This document shows, piece by piece, positions 48,072 to 57,517 of a stretch of DNA of 64,000 nucleotides. A model generated the notes under the pieces. That model searched no databases. It saw nothing but the letters and a program-made list of their open reading frames with translations, and was not told the DNA's origin. The translations under genes were made by a program, and so were the position numbers. The DNA is taken from assembly GCA_965203095.1 (NCBI GenBank), contig OZ241877.1, forward strand, positions 896,001 through 960,000, written 5' to 3'. This DNA comes from Bdellovibrionales bacterium. GTDB taxonomy: Bacteria; Bdellovibrionota; Bdellovibrionia; Bdellovibrionales; UBA1609. The stretch's first letter is position 1; each line of letters begins with the position of its first letter.

Positions 48072-48668
48072 ATGAAGTTATTTTTTGTTTTATATTCATT
48101 ATTTTTTTCTTCAAATGCTACGGCTTGGACGGGGTATTGGGAGAGGGCCACTCGTGGCCCTCTTCGTGAGATTGTGCTTTCTGGTTATTATGTCCCCGAA
48201 GATGAAAAGGAGTTTGAGAAGTCGGAGAAATATTATCGTAGAAGAGGCTACTTAGAAGAAGGGGAATCTTTTAAAGAAAGCTCACTTTATGGAGGAGAAG
48301 GAAAAGAGCACTATGGGGGGAAGAGGAAGTATTGCCACAAAGAAACAGATCCTGAGGATGAAGGCTATACGGTGATTTTTAATCCTAATTTAAGGGCAAG
48401 GCTTTATGATAAGGAGTGGAATCTTTTAACAGAGGATTATTTGAGGAGGTTTCAGCCGGAAATGTATACTCCATTTACTTGGAGAGTTAGATCTTATGTT
48501 CCTTATCATCCGGAGGCTTATTATCTAAGGATTGTAAGGCTTGTTGAAGATAAGGAGGCTGTTATCCTTAGACAAACAGGAGTTAACACTTTAGAGCGTT
48601 TGAAAAGTGGAGGCAGTAGCTACCGATATGACAAATTCTTAAAATGCTATCGTGTTTATCACCTCTAA
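48072..48668 (+). CDS. Secreted hypothetical protein, paralog 2
   Basis: Signal peptide (…SNATA); long identical DNA and protein blocks shared with 47349-47966. Confidence 0.85.
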   Translation: MKLFFVLYSLFFSSNATAWTGYWERATRGPLREIVLSGYYVPEDEKEFEKSEKYYRRRGYLEEGESFKESSLYGGEGKEHYGGKRKYCHKETDPEDEGYTVIFNPNLRARLYDKEWNLLTEDYLRRFQPEMYTPFTWRVRSYVPYHPEAYYLRIVRLVEDKEAVILRQTGVNTLERLKSGGSSYRYDKFLKCYRVYHL

Positions 48669-48799
48669 TTCCCTCTAACTCCCCCTTATTCAAAAAGAAA
48701 CAAGCCTTTATTAAAGAGAAACTTCCGTTTTTTCCTGCTCAGTTGTCCTTTGGACCAAATTCATTTTGGCTTAGATGGGGAGGAAGGGCATACTCCTTA

Positions 48800-50059
48800 T
48801 TAAAACAAGCTCTCTATCACATCCCAAATTTTATGCAACTCCTCTGTTGTGATACAGTAAGGAGGCAAAATATAGACTGTTCCCCCTAAGGGCCTTAAAA
48901 ATACACCCTGCTTAAGGGCTTTTTTTGTGGCAGTTTCGGCAAAAGAGGAGTTATAGCCTTCAGAGTCTCTTTTTTGAATCGCGGCCATAGTCCCTTTAAA
49001 GCGAGTGTCTTTTATTTGTGATAGCTTTTTAAAAGCAGAAAGCCTTTCCTGATTTATGACAGAAATGCTTTTCCACTTTTTTATGAGCTTTTTTTGATTT
49101 TTTTTAAACAAGCGGACATTGGCCAAAGCGACAGAGCAGGAAATAGGATTCCCTGTAAAACTATGCCCATGGAGAAGAGCTTTTTCTTTTTTTGAAGATA
49201 AAAAATCCCGGTAAATGGATGAGGTGGCCACTGTGAGGGCTAAGGGCAAAAAACCCCCTGTCAAACCTTTAGAAAGGCATAATATGTCCGGCGGGGTCTG
49301 AATTTGATTAAAGGCAAACAGAGTTCCTGTTCGACCAAAGCCTGTCATTATCTCATCAAAAATCAAATAAGCCCCGGCCTCTTTAGTCAGTCGGCAAACT
49401 CTCTCTAAAGCCCGCTTTGGCCAAACAATCATGCCCCCGGCCCCTTGTATAAAAGGCTCTATAATCACGCCGGCCAGAGTTTTATGCTGTTGTTCTATCT
49501 TTCTTTCAAAATCTTGATAAAATTTCTCTTCGGGATCAAAACTGAAATGTCCTTGAGAACAATGTTGAACAGGGAACAAAAAAGAGCGATAGGCTTTTGT
49601 AAAAACCCCCTTAGCACTAACACTCATAGCCCCTACTGTGTCCCCATGATAAGAGCTTTTAAAACTCAAAAACCGAGTTTTCTCAGGATAAGCCCTTTGT
49701 GCCCAGCTTTGCGTTGCCATCTTTAAAGCCACTTCTACAGCTGTAGAACCATTGTCAGAAAAAAAGAACTTCCTCAAACTCTTTGGCAAAAAAAAAGAAA
49801 GTTCATGAACCAGGCTTTCCGCCTTTTCATGAGTAAAATTAGCAAACAGTATTTGATCCCACTTCCCAACAGTATTTTTTATGGCCCGAACTAACGGGCC
49901 GGCACAGTGGCCGTGGGTGATCAGCCACCAAGAAGAAATGGCATCTAAAACTTGAGACCCATCCTTTAAAAACAAAGTGGCTTTTTTTGCCCGGATCACC
50001 TCTGGCAAAGGTTCTTCTGTATTTTGCATCTGAGTGAAGGGTCGCCATATTAAACTCAT
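48800..50059 (-). CDS. bioA: 7,8-diaminopelargonic acid aminotransferase
   Basis: DAISSWW..HGH, DNGSTAVEVALKMA, YHGDT, DEIMTGFGRTG, SKGLTGG, HGHSFTGNP. Confidence 0.96.
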   Translation of the reverse strand: MSLIWRPFTQMQNTEEPLPEVIRAKKATLFLKDGSQVLDAISSWWLITHGHCAGPLVRAIKNTVGKWDQILFANFTHEKAESLVHELSFFLPKSLRKFFFSDNGSTAVEVALKMATQSWAQRAYPEKTRFLSFKSSYHGDTVGAMSVSAKGVFTKAYRSFLFPVQHCSQGHFSFDPEEKFYQDFERKIEQQHKTLAGVIIEPFIQGAGGMIVWPKRALERVCRLTKEAGAYLIFDEIMTGFGRTGTLFAFNQIQTPPDILCLSKGLTGGFLPLALTVATSSIYRDFLSSKKEKALLHGHSFTGNPISCSVALANVRLFKKNQKKLIKKWKSISVINQERLSAFKKLSQIKDTRFKGTMAAIQKRDSEGYNSSFAETATKKALKQGVFLRPLGGTVYILPPYCITTEELHKIWDVIESLF

Positions 50060-50066
50060 TGGGAGT

Positions 50067-50744
50067 TTATATTTTTTGGTAATAGGGGTTTTGAGTTTTT
50101 TCTTTCATTTTGTGAAAGCTCGCCGCTGTAGAAAGGGGGAGATCAAAAATCTCTCTTTCCAAAGACATTAAAAAAGAGAAATATTTTTGATGCTCAAAAT
50201 GGCTCATGTCTTCTATATTTTTTTCCCACAGGGGATCGGTTTTTTGAATCTTTTTTAAAATAAAATCCAAATGCTCTTGCTCGTCATTTAAAATGGATTT
50301 TAAGGAAAAGACAAAGCCTCTTTTCCCTAACAAGGCATTGTAAAGGGAATACAAAACCATTGCCCTTTTCTCTACAGAATAAGAAGTGTAAAGGTAGCTG
50401 ATAAAGGGGTTAGAGGAGGAAAAATTTAAGCTGTGCTGATCCACCTGCTGAAAGTAAAAGCGGGCAGGATCTGGGACTAACAGATCCGGGGCCTTAAAAA
50501 AGAGTTTTCTCCCGGCCATTTTTTGGGCAATACTTTTAAAAAAAAGGCTGTGGCGGGACTCCTCATGGATATGGCTCAAAAAGGATTGGTTCAATATATG
50601 GGCCGGGAGGCTTTTTAAAATTTTCCGTAAGCCAATATATTCTAAATAAGAGAGCGTGTTCAACCAGCGAAAATGCAAGCTCTCATCCGATATAATTTTT
50701 TCAAGAAGTTTTAAAAGAAGCAAGGTGGTCTTTTTGGCACGCAT
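50067..50744 (-). CDS. bioE: Ferritin-like diiron protein, BioE-like (putative pimeloyl-generating oxygenase)
   Basis: LH.RWLNTLSYLE..G.RKI, EESRH, E.RA..LY, DEQEH (two ExxH); lies 7 nt upstream of bioA. Confidence 0.65.
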   Translation of the reverse strand: MRAKKTTLLLLKLLEKIISDESLHFRWLNTLSYLEYIGLRKILKSLPAHILNQSFLSHIHEESRHSLFFKSIAQKMAGRKLFFKAPDLLVPDPARFYFQQVDQHSLNFSSSNPFISYLYTSYSVEKRAMVLYSLYNALLGKRGFVFSLKSILNDEQEHLDFILKKIQKTDPLWEKNIEDMSHFEHQKYFSFLMSLEREIFDLPLSTAASFHKMKEKTQNPYYQKI

Positions 50745-50873
50745 AGCTAAAAATCATAAGTAAGGCTTTTTCATTTTTTTTCAAGCTTTTTTTTGATTTT
50801 TTTTAGATCTGCTCAAAATTAAAGAATTTGAACCTATAAATGAGACAAATTTTATATTTTTTTCTCTTGACTC

Positions 50874-51509
50874 TTAAAAATCTTCGCTTTCGTCTAAAAG
50901 AGGGTTGGCTGGTTCATTCGATATTCTCCTCATAGCCAATTTAAAGTTTTTTTCAGAGGAGAGATCTCTTAAAAGATAGTCAAAAAGCTCTGGAGTTTGC
51001 TCTTTAATGAGAAAAGCATAGCTTTTTGTTAAAAGATCTTTCTCTAAAATCTGTTTTTTTTGTTGGATGGTTTGGAAAAGACCAAAAAAATGGATCCGGC
51101 AGTGTTTTTCAACAACAGCAGGATAATCGCAATTATCGACAGCACAATAAACTCTCCCTTTCATGTCTTTTAAAATGTGTTTTTCTTCTTTTTCCCTGTC
51201 CAACAGCTTTTGCAACTCATTTTCATAATGTGCTAAGCTAAAAACTTCATTTTTTTCCGGGGCAGGAAGAGCTTTTTTCTTTTGAGCTTTTGTTTTTGCA
51301 GAAAAACTTTTTAAACTGGTTTTTTTAGGCAAGCTTTGAGCTTTCTTGGTCAATGTTTTTCGTTTAAGAGGGGCTTGTTTTTTTGTTTTTTTGTCATTTT
51401 TTTTTGCCCGGTTTTTTGTGGCTAAAGATTTTTTAGCCATAGCCTTTTTCTTTTTAGTAGAGCTTTTGACTTTCGAATCTTTTGTGGTTTTTGTTTGGCT
51501 TTTTAGCAT
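50874..51509 (-). CDS. Hypothetical protein with a Lys/Ala-rich N-terminus and a putative Zn-binding motif
   Basis: Histone-H1-like basic N-terminus; C-x4-C-x8-C-x2-H (CAVDNCDYPAVVEKHCRIH). Confidence 0.75.
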   Translation of the reverse strand: MLKSQTKTTKDSKVKSSTKKKKAMAKKSLATKNRAKKNDKKTKKQAPLKRKTLTKKAQSLPKKTSLKSFSAKTKAQKKKALPAPEKNEVFSLAHYENELQKLLDREKEEKHILKDMKGRVYCAVDNCDYPAVVEKHCRIHFFGLFQTIQQKKQILEKDLLTKSYAFLIKEQTPELFDYLLRDLSSEKNFKLAMRRISNEPANPLLDESEDF

Positions 51510-51513
51510 ATTT

Positions 51514-52413
51514 TTAATTGATATAAATACTTCCTGTCTCTGATTTTAACAAAACAGATCCTTTTTTAAAAGCCCCTTTGAGCCATCCGGAGATTTGAGT
51601 GGATTTGCCGGAAAAACTTCGACCAAGGCCCCTTGCACCGTAAATTCTCCCATTCTCTACTTGAGCAGTGATTTTTGGCGACCTTCTTATAAAAGAGACT
51701 CTAAGTGGGCTATCTCCAGTAGTCAACTCCGCTGTCCCTGGCTGAAGTCGAGCTGTCACAGCTCCCGACTGGCTAAAACCTTTCACATCCCCTTCAAATT
51801 GAGTGATGCGAACTTCTGCCCTATTAGTTATCCAAGAAAGAATGCCTTTAGATTGTTTCACTTTTAAGCGACCTTCATTCAGTTGAAACTCAAAATCCCC
51901 ATCACTTGAGGACAAAAGCCCTTCAGCATAAAAGGCTTTGACCCTTGCAGGGCCTTTGTGCCGGGTGAGGCTAAAAGTGCCTTTTTTTAAGTTTATGTCT
52001 AAAAAGCCCTTTGTCCGAATCGCTTTAATATTCCCTTTAAAGCTGGAGATGAAAAGAGCTTTCGCCCAGTCAGAAAATAAACTCTGAGAAGAAAAAGAAA
52101 ACAGCTGTAAGGCTTTTGAAGGTCCGGAGATCTCTATATCAACAACTGAGGAGGATGAAGGCTCATGCCATGCCCTCCGAGAGTTAAAGTCGGGAGATTG
52201 AATGAGCAAAACCCCTTTTTTTGTTTGAAAAGAAAGCTTGCCATCCCATTTCATTATATAAAGAGAAGAGGGAACATGTTTTACTTTCAAGTTCACTTGC
52301 GGGATTTTGATGCTGATGGCTTGGATCTCTTTTGCGGGAATGCTTTTTTGTGCCCCAAAGGAATGCCAAGGGAGGTAAAACAACAAAAAAGCGATTTTAT
52401 AAACCTGTCTCAT
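51514..52413 (-). CDS. Secreted beta-strand repeat protein (DUF4097-like)
   Basis: Signal peptide; repeated G.i.i...G...i.s..G pattern ending LKSETGSIYIN. Confidence 0.7.
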   Translation of the reverse strand: MRQVYKIAFLLFYLPWHSFGAQKSIPAKEIQAISIKIPQVNLKVKHVPSSLYIMKWDGKLSFQTKKGVLLIQSPDFNSRRAWHEPSSSSVVDIEISGPSKALQLFSFSSQSLFSDWAKALFISSFKGNIKAIRTKGFLDINLKKGTFSLTRHKGPARVKAFYAEGLLSSSDGDFEFQLNEGRLKVKQSKGILSWITNRAEVRITQFEGDVKGFSQSGAVTARLQPGTAELTTGDSPLRVSFIRRSPKITAQVENGRIYGARGLGRSFSGKSTQISGWLKGAFKKGSVLLKSETGSIYIN

Positions 52414-52461
52414 TTTTCAGCAGTTTTTTTGATTAAAAATTCCAGAATCGACCCCACCGGC

Positions 52462-52857
52462 TTAATCACCCGATGAATCCTTAAAGGACATAACAAATAA
52501 TGCAAACACAATACCAAAAGTAATTCCAACAGCATATATTAGTTTTTGTGTTTTTCTTTTTTCATCTTTTTCTTTAGCTATAGGGGCCAATTTGGCAACT
52601 GTTTTTTTCTCCTCTTCTGTTGTAGGAATTTTACATATCGGATTGTAAGTGGTGGTAGGGTAAGAATATATGAAATCCCCTGTAGAACCTATTTTGGTTC
52701 TTGTTCCTATTTGTGTCCCTTGTTGCACTTGCCCTATCAGAGCACACTGTTCCGAGGGGTGTAAAGTCACACAACTTACAAAACAAAATAAGCTCAAAAT
52801 CAAAAAAAAGCTTGAAAAAGCTCTTTTGAACGGATGATTTTGTTTTAGCCTTTTCAT
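52462..52857 (-). CDS. Hypothetical lipoprotein with a C-terminal TM segment
   Basis: Lipobox FVSC, Cys pair, hydrophobic C-terminus; AAGGAG RBS. Confidence 0.7.
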   Translation of the reverse strand: MKRLKQNHPFKRAFSSFFLILSLFCFVSCVTLHPSEQCALIGQVQQGTQIGTRTKIGSTGDFIYSYPTTTYNPICKIPTTEEEKKTVAKLAPIAKEKDEKRKTQKLIYAVGITFGIVFALFVMSFKDSSGD

Positions 52858-53117
52858 ATTTCCTCCTTTATACCAGGATCTCTATCAAACAAGAACTGCA
52901 CATTATCATAAAGAAAACACCAGAGCAAGGGCTAAAAAGAACCTTTTGTGTAAGCTTTTTTATAGCTGGGCCTATCAAATAGACATGGGATTTGCTTAAA
53001 AATCAGGACTTTAGGCGAGGCTTATTAGAGGATTTTTCAGTCATAAAATTTAAGTTTTCCATTTTAAAAATCCGATAATTCTCATGCCAACTTAAATTTT
53101 TAAGAGAGAAAATTCTT

Positions 53118-54281
53118 GTGAGAAATTTTTTTAAACTTTTTATCTTTTTTGTTTTTTTCAGCCTCATTTTACCTCTGCCCCACAGTGGTGCAGTGATTGT
53201 TTTAAAAACCAAAGACCGAGAAGCCCTCATTCACTTAGAAGGGCTAAAAACCAAAGCGGGGGCTTACTTTTCTGCCATTGACCTCTATGGCCAGGAAAGA
53301 GGCTTAGTGCAAATTAAACAAGTGGCTCACTCAAAAGCTATTGGCGTTTTAAAACAAGGGGCTGTGGCTAAAAGATGGTCCTTAGAGCCTGTGAGCCGTA
53401 GTAAAGCTTTGGCCATGCAAAAAAAGGCCAAACGAAAAAAACTTCGCTTAGCTCGTATTGAAAGAGAAAAGATAAAGAGAAGAAAGGCTCGCTTAATGGC
53501 CCGCATGGAAAGAAAAAAGATAAACAGGCAAAATGCCCGTAACCGGCGGGAAAGGCAGAGAAAGCTGGCCCAAAAAAAACAAGCTCTAAGGCGAAAAATA
53601 GCCTCTTATGATGAAGGAGAGTATATTATAAACGACTTTCCTGAAGAAAATAATCAGTCTTCAGAGATTTTGTCATATAATTCTGAAAGCTTTGATTATG
53701 AAAATGATCAAGAAGAAAGTCTTTTCCCAGAAGAAGAGGAATCATCTAAAAACCTTATCATAGGTCTGGCTCCTTTTGCAGAATACAGTATTATGAAAGT
53801 GACCCCGGAGAGTTCTCCAGACTATTCCCTGAAAGGCTATGTTTATGGGGCAAACTTGCTGGTGGATTTCCCCATAAATCACTTTATAAGAGCTGAAGGC
53901 ACCTTGGGCTATAAGAAGAAGGATCTCTATGAGGAAGAAAAAGCTTGTGGGAAAAGTGGCGGATGTTCTTTTATAGTGGATTATCTTTCTATGGGACTGA
54001 GTTTAAAGTTGAATTTAGGGGATTTTAATCGCCATAAGCTTTGGCTGGCCGGAAAAGGGGAGTTGTTTCAACCCCTTGTTATTCCTGAGGAGAATAACAC
54101 CCTGACAAAAGAAAGTTTTGACACTATCCATGGGGCTTTGGGCTTATCTTTGGGTTTAGATTTCGCCACCGGGGATTTTATTATTCCTGTCTCTTTTAGT
54201 GGTTCCCTTCACATGCCACCTACAGAAAGTGTCATTATGGGGAATGCCGGGCTACAAGTGGCTTTAGCCTACAAATTTTAA
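53118..54281 (+). CDS. Secreted protein with a C-terminal outer-membrane beta-barrel
   Basis: Signal peptide; Arg/Lys-rich helix, then an acidic linker; alternating beta strands ending LAYKF. Confidence 0.7.
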   Translation: MRNFFKLFIFFVFFSLILPLPHSGAVIVLKTKDREALIHLEGLKTKAGAYFSAIDLYGQERGLVQIKQVAHSKAIGVLKQGAVAKRWSLEPVSRSKALAMQKKAKRKKLRLARIEREKIKRRKARLMARMERKKINRQNARNRRERQRKLAQKKQALRRKIASYDEGEYIINDFPEENNQSSEILSYNSESFDYENDQEESLFPEEEESSKNLIIGLAPFAEYSIMKVTPESSPDYSLKGYVYGANLLVDFPINHFIRAEGTLGYKKKDLYEEEKACGKSGGCSFIVDYLSMGLSLKLNLGDFNRHKLWLAGKGELFQPLVIPEENNTLTKESFDTIHGALGLSLGLDFATGDFIIPVSFSGSLHMPPTESVIMGNAGLQVALAYKF

Positions 54282-54328
54282 TGGACAAAGCCCTCATTTT
54301 TTAAAAACATTTAAAAGATAAAAATAGT

Positions 54329-55513
54329 TTATGGTTCTTTTTGCAAATGCCTATAGATCTTTCTTAAAATGAGAAGTTTGGACGAAAATTGCTGGACAGG
54401 CTTTCCATTGACAAAAAAGGCGGGTGTTCCTTGGACACGATTTTCTCCCACAGCCTGAGTTGAGCTGAGGAGCTTTTTCCGGAAAGAAGGCTCTTTCATG
54501 CAGAGCTGAAAAGCTTTTTTATCCAAACCCAATTCAACAAACATCTTTTGAAATAGATTCTCTATATGGTTTTTATCCCCCTGCTTTTTTAAAAAAAATT
54601 TTTGATTTTCAAATAAAAAATCATGTGCAAGCCAAGCTTTGTTTTGCTTTTGAGCACACACAAGGGCCTGGCTCAGCTCACAGCTCAAGCCTGTTTTTAC
54701 AAATTCCACAGAGGGGTTGCAAGTGCCGTCTAAAGGGTAAACATAAAATTGAAGCTTGGCCTCTGGTGCATTTTTTAAAAAATGCTCCAAGGCCGGTTGG
54801 ACTTCTTTACAAGCGGGACAGAGGAAGTCAGCAAACTCCACAACTGTCATTTTGGGATTTTTTGCCCCTTTTTCCATTATATAATCCGAAGATATAACTA
54901 AAGGCTTAGCGTTTTGCCAATCAATAAACACGGCAGAAACCAGCTCTTCTTGATCTTTAATATCAAAAGCATTTACAAAATAAATATGAAAAAACAGGCT
55001 TAAAAAAGCCAACCCCGCTGTAAAAGCATAAAGACTTTTCTCTCTCGCGTTTCGCCAAATAAAGCTTATGGGTTCCGAAAGCTCTGGCCGAAAAGCAAAA
55101 AACAAAAGAACCACAACCACAAACGAAAAAACATAAAGTGCCCAACACACAGGGCAAAGCAAAGCATTGACTGAAGAGATGATAGCCATCGCCACAGAGG
55201 ACAAAGCTATCCCTACTGAAAGATAAAAGGAAATGTTTTTCCAATAGGTTGTCCCTCCAAAAAGAAGAAAGAAAAATAAAGAAAAAGAGAGAAACAGGTT
55301 AAAAGCCAAACCAAAATTAGAAAGAGACATTCCAAAAACTTCAGCATAGGGGGAGAGAAGGGCGGAATCACAGTTGATCTTTTCGCTTATATTGCATATT
55401 GCATTATGAGAGCTGGCTCCCGATTTTAACTTATAAGCCCTTTGAGCCAGATAAAAATGCCCTATAGAGGACAAAAAGGCAAAAATTAAGGCAAAAATTA
55501 GGCGATTTTTCAT
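54329..55513 (-). CDS. VKOR-DsbA (thioredoxin) fusion
   Basis: VKOR: C..SEKINCD..L.SPYA...G, CPVC; DsbA-like: EFADFLCPAC, VQGTPAFFVNG. Confidence 0.92.
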   Translation of the reverse strand: MKNRLIFALIFAFLSSIGHFYLAQRAYKLKSGASSHNAICNISEKINCDSALLSPYAEVFGMSLSNFGLAFNLFLSFSLFFFLLFGGTTYWKNISFYLSVGIALSSVAMAIISSVNALLCPVCWALYVFSFVVVVLLFFAFRPELSEPISFIWRNAREKSLYAFTAGLAFLSLFFHIYFVNAFDIKDQEELVSAVFIDWQNAKPLVISSDYIMEKGAKNPKMTVVEFADFLCPACKEVQPALEHFLKNAPEAKLQFYVYPLDGTCNPSVEFVKTGLSCELSQALVCAQKQNKAWLAHDFLFENQKFFLKKQGDKNHIENLFQKMFVELGLDKKAFQLCMKEPSFRKKLLSSTQAVGENRVQGTPAFFVNGKPVQQFSSKLLILRKIYRHLQKEP

Positions 55514-55589
55514 CGTGAACTGATTTTGCCCTCTAAGCGAGAATAAAGCAAAGAGTTTTTACTGGCAGATAAACTAAAATTAAGCTATA

Positions 55590-57314
55590 TTGCTGAGCAA
55601 TATGCCCTCACTTTTAAAGGAACAAGGTTCTTTATCTCTTATTAAAGAAGAGCTGGCCCGCTTTTTAAAACCAGCCCTTCCTTTGAGATGGGCTGAAATA
55701 GTCTCTCTTTTAGAAAAGCCTCGCCAGCCGGAGCATGGCCATCTGTCCCTTCCCCTCTTTGCCCTGGCCAAAAAAATCGGAAAAGCTCCACAGGAATTGG
55801 CTAAAGAGCTGGCTGAACTTTTTAGCCAAAATCTCCCTCCCTATTTAAAGTCCTGCAAAGCCCTTTCTGCTTTTGTTAATTTTCAGTTTCAAGAAAGCTA
55901 TTTTCAAAAAAATATAGAGTTCCTATTAGAAAAAAAAGAGCTGGCAAGCTTTTGTAGGGAAAAAGAAGAGCACTGGCTGATAGATTTTGCTTCCCCCAAT
56001 GTGGCCAAACATATTAACATTGGCCACTTCAGGGCGGCTATTGTGGGGCAAGCTTTGGTGAATCTGGCTCGTGCCTTTGGTTTTAAAGTGACCGGGCTCA
56101 ATCACTTAGGGGACTGGGGAAGCCAGTTTGGAAAGCTCCTCTATGCTTACAAAAAATGGGGGGCAAAGTATGATTTTAAAAATCAAGCTTTTTCATCTTT
56201 AGTTGAGCTGTATATTCGCTTTCACAAAGAAGCGAAAGAGGAAACCCAGAAACAGGCGAGAGAGCTTTTTCAAAAATTGGAAAGAGGAGATCCCGAATTA
56301 AAAAAGCTTTGGTCGCGTTTTGTGGCCCTCTCCTTAAAAAACTATGAAAAATATTGGAAAGCCCTCAACATAACACATGATCTGGTCCTTGGAGAATCTT
56401 TTTATGCTCCCCTTGTAAATGATTTAAAGCAGTCCTTAAAAGATAAAAAGCTTTTGAAAAAAAGTTTAGGGGCAGAGGTGGTTTTTTTAGAAGAAGGCAC
56501 TGTGCCTTGCCTTATCTCTAAAAGTGATGGGGCCTCAACTTATTCTGCCAGAGATCTGGCCAGTTTAATTTATCGCTTTGAAAAGCTTAAAGCTCACAAA
56601 AACATTTATATCACTGGCTCCGATCAAATCTTGCACTTTCAACAGGTTTTACAAGTGGCGGGAAAGCTTAAGGCCCAATGGAAAGAGCAAAGCCTTCATT
56701 TGAGTTTTGGAATGTATCGGTTTAAAGGCGAGGGAAAAATGTCTTCCCGCCAAGGAGAGGCTGTTTTTTTGAAAGATATTTTAGAGCAGGTTGTGGAAAG
56801 GGTGGAAAAGATCATTCAAGAAAGAAATCCCGAACTAAAAAATAAAAAAGAGATCAGCTGGCAAGTAGGGGTGGGGGCTTTGATCTTTAACGATCTGATG
56901 AATGATCGGGTAAAGGATGTGGATTTTGAATGGAGTAAAGTTTTGGATTTTGAGGGCCGTTCCGGGCCTTTTGTTCAATACAGTCTGGTTCGCTCTCGCA
57001 GTCTCCTCCGCCGGAACAAAAAGCCTTTACCTAAAAAGTTTTCTCTCCCTCCAGATGGAATAGAGGAAAAGCGTTTGATTTGGAGACTCTTAAGTTTTGA
57101 AGAAGCTGTTTTTCTTTCTCTCAAAAACTTTAAACCTCATATTTTGGCCCGATACCTTTTGGATTTAGCTAAAGAGTTCAACCGTTTTTACGCTGCTCAA
57201 AGGGTTTTAGGCCACCAGAGAGAGCTGGATCTGCTCTTGTTAACAAAGGCGGTCCATCGCTCTCTTTACAGAGGGCTTGAGATATTAAATGTCCCTCGGC
57301 CTAAAGCCATGTAA
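55590..57314 (+). CDS. argS: Arginyl-tRNA synthetase
   Basis: DFASPNVAK..NIGHFR, NHLGDWGSQFG, KMSSR, anticodon-binding C-terminus ending in M. Confidence 0.97.
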   Translation: MLSNMPSLLKEQGSLSLIKEELARFLKPALPLRWAEIVSLLEKPRQPEHGHLSLPLFALAKKIGKAPQELAKELAELFSQNLPPYLKSCKALSAFVNFQFQESYFQKNIEFLLEKKELASFCREKEEHWLIDFASPNVAKHINIGHFRAAIVGQALVNLARAFGFKVTGLNHLGDWGSQFGKLLYAYKKWGAKYDFKNQAFSSLVELYIRFHKEAKEETQKQARELFQKLERGDPELKKLWSRFVALSLKNYEKYWKALNITHDLVLGESFYAPLVNDLKQSLKDKKLLKKSLGAEVVFLEEGTVPCLISKSDGASTYSARDLASLIYRFEKLKAHKNIYITGSDQILHFQQVLQVAGKLKAQWKEQSLHLSFGMYRFKGEGKMSSRQGEAVFLKDILEQVVERVEKIIQERNPELKNKKEISWQVGVGALIFNDLMNDRVKDVDFEWSKVLDFEGRSGPFVQYSLVRSRSLLRRNKKPLPKKFSLPPDGIEEKRLIWRLLSFEEAVFLSLKNFKPHILARYLLDLAKEFNRFYAAQRVLGHQRELDLLLLTKAVHRSLYRGLEILNVPRPKAM

Positions 57315-57381
57315 AGCCTTCCTTGACAAATCAGGACAACCAGGTTAAGTGACAGAACCAAACCTTTATTGGTTTTGCAGA

Positions 57382-57399
57382 TGACATTATGCTATGTCA
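57382..57399. promoter_or_regulatory. Palindromic putative operator upstream of sucC
   Basis: TGACAT-N6-ATGTCA perfect dyad, downstream of a TTGACA at 57323. Confidence 0.3.
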
Positions 57400-57517
57400 C
57401 AAAAAGCGACTTAAAAAGGATGATCTTAATTATGACGACATTTTTACTTTTCATTATGGAGAAACTAAACTCCTCTAAAATTTTAGATAGGTCTTTAAAC
57501 AAATTGAGATCCAGAAT

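Noticed and set aside
48662..48790. CCCTCTAACTCCCCCTT REP-like half site (similar C-rich tract near 200-230)
   Set aside because: The complementary arm is degenerate or absent; too weak to call
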